From positions 7,251 to 39,250 of the forward strand of contig JACWEP010000005.1 in the NCBI GenBank assembly GCA_014653375.1: DNA of 32,000 nucleotides, written 5' to 3'. This document shows, in pieces, positions 15,837-24,789 of this stretch. Under the pieces are notes generated by a model that saw only the letters and a program-made list of their open reading frames with translations, ran no database searches and was not told where the DNA came from. Numbering within the stretch: the first letter of the stretch is position 1; each line of letters begins with the position of its first letter. The translations under genes were made by a program, and so were the position numbers. This DNA is from Pelagibacterales bacterium SAG-MED48 (GTDB lineage Bacteria; Pseudomonadota; Alphaproteobacteria; Pelagibacterales; Pelagibacteraceae).

Positions 15837-16202
15837 ATGACTAACAAAGAATTAGTTTTTAATATAATTAAAAAATCATCTAAGCATCTAACTGCTTATG
15901 AAATTCTAGATAAACTTCAAAAGATTAAAAAAACACAAGCTATGACTGTCTATAGAGCATTAGATAGTTTAATAGGTGAAGAGAGAATTCATAAATCTAA
16001 TCAAACAAAAACCTATATTTTGTGTAATCATAGACATGAAGATAATCATAATACTGCAATAGCTATTTGTAAAAAATGTGGTGACACTGAAGAACTTAAA
16101 TCAAATATCTTTTTAGATTTCTTTAAAAAAAATAATATTAAAAAGTACGATTTTAGTACTTTTAAAATGGAGGTTTTAACAACTTGTAAGGATTGTAATT
16201 AA
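15837..16202 (+). CDS. zur: Fur-family metalloregulator, most likely zinc uptake regulator
   Basis: 121 aa. It has a winged-helix N-terminus (LTAYEILDKL...MTVYRALDSL), the His-rich site CNHRHEDNH and two CxxC pairs (CKKC, CKDC). A Zur-type palindrome sits in its own promoter. Confidence 0.78.
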   Translation: MTNKELVFNIIKKSSKHLTAYEILDKLQKIKKTQAMTVYRALDSLIGEERIHKSNQTKTYILCNHRHEDNHNTAIAICKKCGDTEELKSNIFLDFFKKNNIKKYDFSTFKMEVLTTCKDCN

Positions 16203-16666
16203 TGAAGAAAATAACAATATTATCAATAACAGCGTATATATTTGGTTTTACATATCTTCATGCTGCAGAAGGTCATTCTCATGATTTACCTGAATTTCTT
16301 CATTTTTTAGAAGAACTAGTTGAAGAACATGAAATTTTAAGAGGTTTTGTTTTTGGTTTTATTCATACTTTAATTCCATTAATAGGTTTTTACTCAGGAT
16401 GGAGTATTAACCGTTTTTTAAAAGTTATTTCAAATGGAGCAATAGCAGGAATAGTTGGAATAGTTTTAGCTCATATTATAGCTGACTTTATTGCAGCATT
16501 AGCTGATCCAAATCTTAAAAGTGCAGCATATGGAATTGTTCTTGGTGGGTTTTTACCTTTGTTAGCTGTACCTTTTTTAGAAAAATATGTAACAAAAAGT
16601 CAGTATCACACTGTTGTAGGTGATCATGAAGATCTAAAAAAAGATTTGAAAACCAAACATAAATAA
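16202..16666 (+). CDS. His/Glu-rich integral membrane protein, putative Zur-controlled metal transporter or metal-binding membrane protein
   Basis: 154 aa. Its ATG overlaps the zur stop (TAATG). A signal/TM1 segment is followed by AEGHSHDLPEFLHFLEELVEEHE, three more TM segments (GFVFGFIHTLIPLIGF resembles the HupE/UreJ GFxxGFxHP region) and a His-containing tail HTVVGDHEDLKKDLKTKHK. Confidence 0.6.
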   Translation: MKKITILSITAYIFGFTYLHAAEGHSHDLPEFLHFLEELVEEHEILRGFVFGFIHTLIPLIGFYSGWSINRFLKVISNGAIAGIVGIVLAHIIADFIAALADPNLKSAAYGIVLGGFLPLLAVPFLEKYVTKSQYHTVVGDHEDLKKDLKTKHK

Positions 16667-16682
16667 AATATCTAATAGGGGA

Positions 16683-17681
16683 ATGAGTACAATTCCCCTA
16701 ACATTAGATGAAATTTTTGATTTAGCAAAAAAAACATTACTTGCTAATGGATGTGACGATGAGACTGCAAGTATTTTATCTGACCTGATAAGAAATGCAG
16801 AAAGAGATGGTTCAGTTTCTCATGGATTATTTAGATTACCTGCTTATGTTTCAGGTTTAAAAAGTGGTAAGATTAATGGAAAAGGTAAACCTGAAGTTAA
16901 AAAGATTTCTCCATCAGTAATTAAAGTCCAAGGTAATAATTGTTTAGCACCAGTGATACTTAGCAAAGGTTTACCTGAATTAGCTAAAGCTGCAAAAGAA
17001 AATGGTGTTGCTGTTTTAGCTATAAATAATTCTCATCATATGGCTGCTATGTGGCCAGAAACAGAAAAATTAGCAGAAGAAGGTTTGGTTGCATTTGCTT
17101 GTACATCATACAAGCCAGCAGTAGCTCCTGCAGGGGCTATAAAACCTTTATTTGGAACAAACCCAATTTCATTTGCATGGCCTAGACCAGGAAGTACTCC
17201 TGTTGTTTATGATATGGCAACGGCATCAATGGCAATGGGTGAAGTTCAGGTTGCTAAAAGAGAAGGGCACAAAGTTCCACTTGGAACAGGTCTTACAAAA
17301 GATGGTAAAGAAACAACTGATCCAGGTGAGATAGCTGATGGTGGTGTATTATTACCTTTTGGTGGATACAAAGGTTCAGCAATAGCAATGATGGTTGAAT
17401 TGTTGGCAGGTGCTTTAGTAGGTGATAATTTTAGTTATGAAACTGCTTTAAAAGATAATAATGATGGGGGACCTCCAAGCGGTGGTGAGTTCATTTTAGC
17501 TATTTGTCCAGATAAAACAGCAGGTACAAGTTGGCAAACCCATGCTGATGAATTTTTTGATAAAATGAAATCAATGGGTGACGTAAGATTACCTGGTGAG
17601 AGAAGACATAAAAATAGACTTGATAAGGGACCAAGGAATATTAACGAAGAGTTGGTTAATAAAATAAAATCTTTAAGCTAA
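16683..17681 (+). CDS. Ldh_2-family (malate/L-lactate dehydrogenase type 2) NAD(P)H oxidoreductase; substrate not assignable
   Basis: 332 aa. Family-typical segments include SHGLFRLPAYV, NNSHH, FGTNPISFAWP, DMATSxxAxGxV and LPFGGYKGSAIAMMVELLAG. A GGGGA SD lies upstream. Confidence 0.78.
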   Translation: MSTIPLTLDEIFDLAKKTLLANGCDDETASILSDLIRNAERDGSVSHGLFRLPAYVSGLKSGKINGKGKPEVKKISPSVIKVQGNNCLAPVILSKGLPELAKAAKENGVAVLAINNSHHMAAMWPETEKLAEEGLVAFACTSYKPAVAPAGAIKPLFGTNPISFAWPRPGSTPVVYDMATASMAMGEVQVAKREGHKVPLGTGLTKDGKETTDPGEIADGGVLLPFGGYKGSAIAMMVELLAGALVGDNFSYETALKDNNDGGPPSGGEFILAICPDKTAGTSWQTHADEFFDKMKSMGDVRLPGERRHKNRLDKGPRNINEELVNKIKSLS

Positions 17682-18449
17682 TTTAATTTCTATTGGTGTG
17701 TGATCAGAGGGTTTTTCTCTTCCACGAGGGTCTTTATTAATATTTATCTCTTTAACAGTATCAATTATAGAATTTGAAACTAAGAAATGGTCAATTCTCA
17801 TACCATTATTTTTTTGCCATGCACCTCTCATGTAGTCCCAGAATGTGTATCCTTCTTTATCTTCATTAAAATGTCTGTAAACATCACTAAAACCTAGATT
17901 AAGCATTTCTCTAAATTTCTTCCTTATTTCAAGCCGATACAATGCATCATCTTCAAAACTCTTAACATTATAAACATCTTCAGCTGCAGGAATAACATTA
18001 AAATCACCAGCAAGTATTATATTAGAGTTTTTTTTAGAAAGTGTTTTTAATTGTTTGATTAGTTGATCCATCCAATTTTTTTTATAATCATATTTTTCAG
18101 TATCAACAGGATTTCCATTTGGAGTATAAATATTTATTAATTGAATATTTTTCTTTTTGTGTTCAATTTCAGCAGAAATTATTCTTGATTGTTTTAGTTT
18201 ATCCTTAATTAAATCTATTCTTACATTATTTAATTTTTTCTTAGATATAATTGCAACACCATTATAACTTTTTTGACCAAATACATGACTTTCATAATCC
18301 ATAGCTGAAAAATCATCATAAGGAAAATTAACATCTTCAGTTTTGATTTCCTGCATCATTAAAACGTCAGGTTTATATTTTAATAAATAACTTTTGATAT
18401 TTTCAATTCTAGCTCTAACAGAATTAACATTCCATGATGAAATTATCAT
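17673..18449 (-). CDS. xthA: Exodeoxyribonuclease III (AP endonuclease)
   Basis: MIISSWNVNSVRARIENI... and the C-terminal SDHTPIEIKL are typical. I chose the start at ATG 18449, forming TAATG with the erpA stop. The track start at 18479 adds 10 residues that overlap erpA. Confidence 0.88.
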   Translation of the reverse strand: MIISSWNVNSVRARIENIKSYLLKYKPDVLMMQEIKTEDVNFPYDDFSAMDYESHVFGQKSYNGVAIISKKKLNNVRIDLIKDKLKQSRIISAEIEHKKKNIQLINIYTPNGNPVDTEKYDYKKNWMDQLIKQLKTLSKKNSNIILAGDFNVIPAAEDVYNVKSFEDDALYRLEIRKKFREMLNLGFSDVYRHFNEDKEGYTFWDYMRGAWQKNNGMRIDHFLVSNSIIDTVKEININKDPRGREKPSDHTPIEIKLA

Positions 18450-18766
18450 TAAAGAGAAAAAGAAACCCCACAACCGCATGAAGATTTGGTTTGTGGATTT
18501 GATATTTTAAAAGACTCACCAATTAATTCAGATACATAATCTACTTGAGAACCTTTTAACAAATCAGCCGATGTTTTATCGATTAAAATATTTTCATAGT
18601 TTAAATCATCATCATTTTTCGATTGTTCAAATGTAAATTCATATTGAAATCCTGAGCATCCACCACCCTTAATAGCGATTCTAAAAAAAGAACCTTTATC
18701 TTTTTTAGACAATAAATTTCCTATCTGTTTTAGAGCATTATCTGTAAATTTAATTTCTTTAATCAT
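18449..18766 (-). CDS. erpA: IscA/ErpA-type iron-sulfur cluster insertion protein
   Basis: 105 aa. It has GGGCSGFQY and the C-terminal SCGCGVSF cysteine motifs of the HesB/IscA family. Confidence 0.85.
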   Translation of the reverse strand: MIKEIKFTDNALKQIGNLLSKKDKGSFFRIAIKGGGCSGFQYEFTFEQSKNDDDLNYENILIDKTSADLLKGSQVDYVSELIGESFKISNPQTKSSCGCGVSFSL

Positions 18767-18816
18767 GATTGAACACTGATAATACTAATATAATACTTAA
18801 TTATTTAAATTAAAGG

Positions 18817-19935
18817 ATGAAAAAACATTTAAAGTTAGGCTTATTTAAAAGTAATGGGAGGCTTAATAGTGAGGCTATTTCTAAATATAGATCACCGTTT
18901 CAAAGAGATAGAGATAGAATAATTCACAGCGCCTCATTTCGTCGTCTTAAACATAAAACACAAGTTTTTGTTAATACAGAAGGGGATCATTTTAGAACTA
19001 GAATTACCCATTCAATTGAAGTTGCTCAAATAGCTAGATCAATTGCAAAATATTTAAATTTGAATGAAGATCTAACAGAAACATTAAGTCTAGCTCATGA
19101 TTTGGGTCATACACCATTTGGTCATGCAGGTGAACATGCTTTAGATGAATGTATGAAAGAGTATGGTGGATTTGATCATAATCTTCAAACCTTAAGGATT
19201 GTTATGTTCTTGGAAAACAAATACTTCAAATTTAATGGACTTAATTTGTCCATAGAAACATTAGAGGGTCTCTTAAAACATAATGGACCAGTTGTGGACA
19301 CTGTTTTAGTTAACAAGTTAATTGGCATTAAAACTTTTAAAAATAAGATTGATTTTAATACATATCCATCTTTAGAAGCTCAAATTTCTGCCATATCAGA
19401 TGATATAGCTTACAATAATCATGATATTCAAGATGGTATCAATGCTAACTTATTCAAACTAGAAGAGCTTGTGGAGATAGATTTTTTTAAATCAATTTAT
19501 CTTAAATATAAAAATAAAATTAATAAAAAAAATTATAAAATAGCAACTTATCAAATTATCAGAGACTCAATTGATATAATGATAAGAGATTTATTAACAA
19601 ACACTCAAAAGAATTTGAAAAATCTTAAAATAAAAACAATTAATGATATAGCCAAGTCAGATCAATTAATAGTTTGTTTTTCGAATAAAATTCAAAACTC
19701 AGAAATAGAAATCAAATCTTTTTTAAGATTAAGAATGTACAATAACAAGCTAGTATTAAGAAAGAATCAAAGAGGAAAATTTATTATTAAAAAATTATTT
19801 GCTATAATTAAATCAAATCCAAGAAAATTTCTTACAAAAGATCAATTGACTAAAGATAAATTTAGAGCTATTTCAGATTTTATTTCAGGTATGACGGATC
19901 GTTATGCTATTAACCTATATAACAATTTTAAATGA
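18817..19935 (+). CDS. dgt: dGTP triphosphohydrolase-like HD-domain protein
   Basis: 372 aa. FQRDRDRIIHSASFRRLKHKTQVF, HFRTRITHSIEVAQIAR and AHDLGHTPFGHAGE are characteristic of Dgt-like proteins. Confidence 0.85.
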   Translation: MKKHLKLGLFKSNGRLNSEAISKYRSPFQRDRDRIIHSASFRRLKHKTQVFVNTEGDHFRTRITHSIEVAQIARSIAKYLNLNEDLTETLSLAHDLGHTPFGHAGEHALDECMKEYGGFDHNLQTLRIVMFLENKYFKFNGLNLSIETLEGLLKHNGPVVDTVLVNKLIGIKTFKNKIDFNTYPSLEAQISAISDDIAYNNHDIQDGINANLFKLEELVEIDFFKSIYLKYKNKINKKNYKIATYQIIRDSIDIMIRDLLTNTQKNLKNLKIKTINDIAKSDQLIVCFSNKIQNSEIEIKSFLRLRMYNNKLVLRKNQRGKFIIKKLFAIIKSNPRKFLTKDQLTKDKFRAISDFISGMTDRYAINLYNNFK

Positions 19936-21665
19936 ACATTTTTGAATTATATTTAGATAAAATTAAGTCAATTATTGTCAACCTTAGCAAAGAGCGGAAA
20001 ATTATTATTCCTGAAACTTTCAATGGAATAAATTCAGAAATACCACCTACAAAGTTTGATTGTGACATATCTACAAATGTTGCAATGGTACTTTCAAAAT
20101 TAAATAAAAAATCTCCTATGGATCTAGCAGAGATAATATCACCCGTTATTAAAGAAAATGACCCTCTAATTCAAACTATCACTATTGTTAAGCCGGGTTT
20201 TATTAATATCAAGTTTAAACCTATTTTTTGGTCTAATTTTATTAAAGAAATTATTTTAAATGCAAAAAGTTTTGGAATTAATGAAAAACAAAAAAAACTT
20301 AATTATTTGGTTGAGTTTGTATCTGCTAACCCAACAGGTCCATTACATGTAGGTCATTGTCGAGGTGCAATATTAGGTGATGTAATTTCTAATGTTTTAC
20401 TTTTTAATAATCACAAAGTTACCAAAGAATATTATGTTAATGATTATGGAAATCAGATTATTAATTTTACTAAATCTGTTTATTTTAGAATTCGTGAAGT
20501 AAAATTTGGTGAAATTTTCCCAAATGATAATCCAGACTTATATCCAGGTGATTATCTAATTGATTTTGCAAATAATATTATCAATTCTAATACTGATCTT
20601 AACTATGATACGTATGAAGATATAAGTGAAAAATTAACTGCTTTATCAATTGAACAAGCTTTACTTTTAATTAAAAGAAATCTTAAAAGTCTCGGTATTA
20701 ATCATGATAGTTTTGTAAGTGAGAAAAAAATAGTTCTAAACAAAGAAGTTGAAAGCGTTGTCAGTTTTTTAGAAACTAATAATTTTGTATATAAAGGTAA
20801 AATTAAAGCACCAGCTGGTGAAGATAATAAGAATTGGGTCGAAAGAGAACAATTGTTATTTAAATCAACAGATTTTGGTGACGATAAAGATAGAGCTTTA
20901 CAGAAATCTGATGGTTCATGGACTTATTTTGCAAGTGATGTTGCTTATCATAAAAATAAAGTTGATCGTAAATTTGATTATCTAATCAACATTCTTGGAG
21001 CTGATCATGCGGGATATATAAAAAGAATTTCATCATCTGTAGATGCTCTTTCTGGCACAAAAAATAAATTAATTTGTAAAATTAGTCAGCTTGTAAAGTT
21101 AATTAAAGATAACAAACCTTTTAAAATGTCCAAAAGAAAAGGTGACTACATTACAGTAGATGATTTAATAGAAGAGGTTGGTAAAGATGCGACTAGATTT
21201 ATAATGCTTAATAGAAGCAGTGATGTCGAGTTAGACTTTGATTTTGATGCTGTAAAAGATAAATCTAAAGAAAATCCACTTTATTATGTTCAATATTGTT
21301 ACGCAAGAATTTCATCTGTATTTAGACATTTAGACAAAGATCTGAATTCTGATGTAAAAATAGATAATTATAATTTTGAATACACAGAGGATGAAATTAA
21401 AATCTTAAAAAAAATTTCTGAATGGCCAAAATGTATTGATACCTCTAGTACTAAACTTGAGCCACACCGTATCCCAATTTATCTGTATGAATTAGCGTCC
21501 GAATTTCATTCATATTGGAATCTTGGCAAACAAAATCCAGAAAAAAGATTTATCAATGATCAAAAAAATATTTCAGATTCAAAACTAGTTTTCTTAAAAT
21601 CAATTTCTAACGTTATCAAATCTGGTATGAATATTGTTGGTGTTGATACTCCAGAGAAAATGTAA
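19932..21665 (+). CDS. argS: Arginine--tRNA ligase
   Basis: 577 aa. It has the class I HIGH-type motif SANPTGPLHVGH, the KMSKS-like FKMSKRKG and the anticodon-binding C-terminus YVQYCYARISS. Its start overlaps the dgt stop (ATGA). Confidence 0.93.
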   Translation: MNIFELYLDKIKSIIVNLSKERKIIIPETFNGINSEIPPTKFDCDISTNVAMVLSKLNKKSPMDLAEIISPVIKENDPLIQTITIVKPGFINIKFKPIFWSNFIKEIILNAKSFGINEKQKKLNYLVEFVSANPTGPLHVGHCRGAILGDVISNVLLFNNHKVTKEYYVNDYGNQIINFTKSVYFRIREVKFGEIFPNDNPDLYPGDYLIDFANNIINSNTDLNYDTYEDISEKLTALSIEQALLLIKRNLKSLGINHDSFVSEKKIVLNKEVESVVSFLETNNFVYKGKIKAPAGEDNKNWVEREQLLFKSTDFGDDKDRALQKSDGSWTYFASDVAYHKNKVDRKFDYLINILGADHAGYIKRISSSVDALSGTKNKLICKISQLVKLIKDNKPFKMSKRKGDYITVDDLIEEVGKDATRFIMLNRSSDVELDFDFDAVKDKSKENPLYYVQYCYARISSVFRHLDKDLNSDVKIDNYNFEYTEDEIKILKKISEWPKCIDTSSTKLEPHRIPIYLYELASEFHSYWNLGKQNPEKRFINDQKNISDSKLVFLKSISNVIKSGMNIVGVDTPEKM

Positions 21666-21925
21666 TGCTTAAAGAAATTAAATATTTAATATTTATAGTG
21701 ATTATTACGTTATTTATTTTCTTTATTGGAAAGTATTATTTTTCAGATGAAAATATTAAAAAATCTTACAGATCATACAAAAATATTAATGAAAAAATTA
21801 AAATTTATTCAAAAGAATTACCTATTTTAGAAAATGATACCAAGGATGTAATTGAATATGTAAAACAAACTAATGGAAAAAAGAAAAAAAAGTTTAATTT
21901 CTGGAAACTTTTAGAAAATGATTAA
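21665..21925 (+). CDS. Small single-pass membrane protein of unknown function
   Basis: 86 aa with one N-terminal TM (YLIFIVIITLFIFFIG) and a Lys-rich tail. It is tightly coupled to its neighbours, by TAATG with argS and an 8-nt overlap with nagZ. Confidence 0.5.
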   Translation: MLKEIKYLIFIVIITLFIFFIGKYYFSDENIKKSYRSYKNINEKIKIYSKELPILENDTKDVIEYVKQTNGKKKKKFNFWKLLEND

Positions 21926-22868
21926 AAATAGAAAATCGTTTATTGTAGGTATAAAATCTCTTAAATTATCTAACAACGAAAAAATTTTTTTAACAACTCA
22001 TAAACCATGGGGTGTCATATTATTTTCAAGAAATATTAAATCAATTAAACAAACAAAAACTTTAACTGATAGTATTAAAAAAATTTTTAAAGATAATAAT
22101 TACCCCATATTAATTGACCAAGAGGGGGGCAGAGTTAATAGGCTAAAAAATATTATTTCATTTGATAACTTGACATCTGAATTTTTTGGAGATCTTTATG
22201 AAAATGACAAGATGAAATTTGATATTATCTATAAATTATTTGTTGATAAGACATGTTATTTATTAAAGCTGATAGGGGCAAATATTAATACAGTACCAGT
22301 TTTAGACATCAGGGTAAAAGGTGCTAGCAATATTATTGGAGATCGATCTTTTTCTAAAAATAAAAAAATAATCTCAAAAATAGGTGATTTATGTATAAAA
22401 TTATTTCATGAAAATTCTATCGGTACTGTTATTAAACATATTCCAGGACATGGTTTAGCTAATGTTGATAGTCATAATTATACACCGATTATTAAAAAAT
22501 CCCTTAAATACTTAGATAAGAATGATTTTTGTACCTTTAAAGAGAAAAATAGTTTCTTTGCTATGACAGGTCACGTCATTTATCAAAGTATAGATAAAGT
22601 GAACACAGTTACGCATTCTAGAGAAATGATTAAATATATTAGAAATAATATTGGGTTTAAAAATATTCTAATTTCAGACGATCTATCAATGAAAAGTTTA
22701 AAAGATGATATGAAGGGGAACACTACTAAAGCATTCAAAGCAGGGTGTGATATAGCACTTCATTGTAATGGTAATATCAATGAAATGAAGATTGTTGCAA
22801 ATAACTCACCCTTGATAAGTAAGTTTATAATTAAAAAAACATCACAATTTTATAAGATTTTAAGATAA
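21918..22868 (+). CDS. nagZ: Beta-N-acetylhexosaminidase (GH3, peptidoglycan recycling)
   Basis: 316 aa. It has IDQEGGRVNRL, KHIPGHGLANVDSH and ISDDLSMK motifs. Confidence 0.85.
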   Translation: MIKNRKSFIVGIKSLKLSNNEKIFLTTHKPWGVILFSRNIKSIKQTKTLTDSIKKIFKDNNYPILIDQEGGRVNRLKNIISFDNLTSEFFGDLYENDKMKFDIIYKLFVDKTCYLLKLIGANINTVPVLDIRVKGASNIIGDRSFSKNKKIISKIGDLCIKLFHENSIGTVIKHIPGHGLANVDSHNYTPIIKKSLKYLDKNDFCTFKEKNSFFAMTGHVIYQSIDKVNTVTHSREMIKYIRNNIGFKNILISDDLSMKSLKDDMKGNTTKAFKAGCDIALHCNGNINEMKIVANNSPLISKFIIKKTSQFYKILR

Positions 22869-22877
22869 TATTTCAAT

Positions 22878-23621
22878 ATGTCTGAGTCTGATTCTGTTTT
22901 ATTTAATGTTGATATAAATAATTATAATGGTCCCCTGGATGTGCTCTTAGATTTAGCCAAGGCACAAAAAGTTGATTTAGAGGAAATTTCGATCACTAAA
23001 TTAGCAGATCAATTTCATGAATATATTACTCAAGAAAAAGATTTAAATTTAGAAATCGCTTCAGAATATTTGTTAATGGCAACTTGGCTTGCTTATTTAA
23101 AGTCAAAACTATTATTACCAGGAACACCAGATGAAGAATTTAAAGTTCAAGAAGTTGCTGATAAATTAAAATTACAATTAAAAAAATTAGAACTTATTAG
23201 ATTACTTTCTGATCAAATGCTCAAAAGAAAGAGACTAGGTAGAGAAATAAGAGCTCGTGGAATTAAAGGTAATATTAGATCAATTTATAGCTCGGAATAT
23301 AATTTAACTATGTTTGAATTACTGAAATCTTACTCATCAATAATAATGACAAAAGATTTTCAAAGAATTAATATTCCTAAGTTACCAGTTTTTACAACTG
23401 AAGATGGTATTAAAACAATCAGAGAATTTTTTGGTAAATTAATGGATTGGAAAAATATTAATGACCTAATACCCGCTGGTTTTAAAAGGGGATCAAAATA
23501 TAAAAGAACAGGTAAAGCAGGAATTTTTGCTGGCTCATTAGAGTTGGTAAAAGAAGGTAATTTAACAATTAAACAAGAAAACTTATATGATGATATTTAT
23601 GTTAAGGAAGTAAATGATTAA
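22878..23621 (+). CDS. scpA: Segregation and condensation protein A (kleisin)
   Basis: 247 aa. NYNGPLDVLLDLAKAQKVDLEEISITKLADQF is the typical ScpA N-terminus. scpB follows it. Confidence 0.85.
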   Translation: MSESDSVLFNVDINNYNGPLDVLLDLAKAQKVDLEEISITKLADQFHEYITQEKDLNLEIASEYLLMATWLAYLKSKLLLPGTPDEEFKVQEVADKLKLQLKKLELIRLLSDQMLKRKRLGREIRARGIKGNIRSIYSSEYNLTMFELLKSYSSIIMTKDFQRINIPKLPVFTTEDGIKTIREFFGKLMDWKNINDLIPAGFKRGSKYKRTGKAGIFAGSLELVKEGNLTIKQENLYDDIYVKEVND

Positions 23622-24315
23622 AAAAGAAAAAATTTCTAAAGATAATATTGTTAATTTTCCATCTAAATTAACTGAAATTGAAAAAGAAATAGAAGCTGTA
23701 ATTTTTGCTGCTGCTGAACCTTTGGATGTTGATACCATTGAAAGCAAAATCTCAAAAAAATCTAATGTCGCAAAATCTTTAGAAAAATTGCAACTAGAAT
23801 ATTCAAATCGAGGTATTAATTTAGTCTGTATAAAAGATAAATGGTCATTTAGAACTTCTCCAAAACTTTCAGGATTAATGTCTCAAGAAAAAACTGTTGA
23901 AAAAAAATTATCTAGAGCAGCTGTAGAGACACTTGCTATCATAGTATACCACCAACCTGTAACCAGAGCTGAAATAGAAGAGATTAGAGGGGTTGCTTTT
24001 GGAACCAATACGTTGGAAATTTTAATGGAACTCGATTGGGTAAAACCTGCTGGCCGAAAAGACGTCCCTGGTAGACCAATCCAATATGCAACAACAGATG
24101 AATTCCTGAGCCATTTTAATCTTCATAAATTGTCAGATTTACCTACTGTAGATGAATTGGGTGCAGCTGGATTAATTGATAGTTCAAGTGTTGATAATGA
24201 TATTTTTGGTACTGGTAAATTTTTTAAAGAAAAACAAGAAGAGAAAAAAGAAGATATCTACTCAAATATAGATGAGATGCTTAATAGCACCCTCGATAGT
24301 GAAGAAAAAGATTAA
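23614..24315 (+). CDS. scpB: Segregation and condensation protein B
   Basis: 233 aa. It has EIEAVIFAAAEPL, LSRAAVETLAIIVYHQPVTRAEIEEIRGV and GRPIQYATTDEFL motifs. It overlaps scpA by 8 nt. Confidence 0.85.
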   Translation: MIKKEKISKDNIVNFPSKLTEIEKEIEAVIFAAAEPLDVDTIESKISKKSNVAKSLEKLQLEYSNRGINLVCIKDKWSFRTSPKLSGLMSQEKTVEKKLSRAAVETLAIIVYHQPVTRAEIEEIRGVAFGTNTLEILMELDWVKPAGRKDVPGRPIQYATTDEFLSHFNLHKLSDLPTVDELGAAGLIDSSSVDNDIFGTGKFFKEKQEEKKEDIYSNIDEMLNSTLDSEEKD

Positions 24316-24361
24316 TAAAAAAGTAACTTTTAAATTTTACTTAAAAGAGTTATAAGTTTTT

Positions 24362-24562
24362 ATGAGCATAGGAATTTGGCAAATAGCAATTGTTGTAATA
24401 TTAGTGGTTTTACTATTTGGACGTGGGAAAATATCTAGTTTAATGGGAGACGTTGCTAAAGGTATTAAAAGTTTCAAAAAAGGTATGGCGTCAGATGTTA
24501 CTGACGATGTAGAGCCAAAAAATATTTCCGACGAAAACAAAGACTCAAATAACAAAGATTAA
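24362..24562 (+). CDS. tatA: Twin-arginine translocase subunit TatA
   Basis: 66 aa. A TM segment is followed by an amphipathic helix, [26 protein letters not shown]. Confidence 0.85.
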   Translation: MSIGIWQIAIVVILVVLLFGRGKISSLMGDVAKGIKSFKKGMASDVTDDVEPKNISDENKDSNNKD

Positions 24563-24567
24563 ATCAC

Positions 24568-24789
24568 ATGCCTACTATTGGTTGGTTTGAGATATTAATT
24601 GTTGTTGCTGTTGCAATTATAGTTCTTGGCCCCAAAGATTTTCCTGTAATGTTAAAGAAAGCTGGTTCATGGATAGGCACAGCCAAAAGATATGTCAATA
24701 ACATTCAAAATGAAGTTTCTAATATTGATGTAGATATTGATGATGAAAAAAAAAATGAGATAAAAAAAGAAAATAAAGATAATGAATAA
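24568..24789 (+). CDS. tatB: Twin-arginine translocase subunit TatB
   Basis: 73 aa. It has FEILIVVAVAIIVLGPKDFPVMLKKAGSWIGTAKRY and lies between tatA and tatC. Confidence 0.8.
   Translation: MPTIGWFEILIVVAVAIIVLGPKDFPVMLKKAGSWIGTAKRYVNNIQNEVSNIDVDIDDEKKNEIKKENKDNE

Noticed and set aside
17152-17334. ORF 17152..17334, in an alternative plus-strand frame
   Set aside because: It sits inside the Ldh_2 gene in another frame, and the Ldh_2 frame carries the family motifs.
16683-17681. Slightly higher G+C impression for the Ldh_2 gene (and phnD) as a sign of horizontal transfer
   Set aside because: The difference seems explained by Gly/Ala-rich protein composition. I cannot compute composition statistics here, and there are no flanking mobility signatures.
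18450-18479. Ten-residue N-terminal extension of xthA in the ORF track (MRLWGFFFSL)
   Set aside because: It overlaps the erpA C-terminus. The internal ATG at 18449 gives the canonical MIISSWNVNS start and a TAATG junction.
20785-20985. ORF 20785..20985, in an alternative plus-strand frame
   Set aside because: It lies inside argS, and its Ile/Lys/Leu-rich translation is typical of an off-frame AT-rich reading.
24316-24361. AT-rich partial inverted repeats between scpB and tatA (AAGTAA...TTACTT, CTTTTAA...TTAAAAG) as a terminator
   Set aside because: The two repeat pairs are interleaved rather than nested, so they cannot form one stable stem. No U-tract follows.
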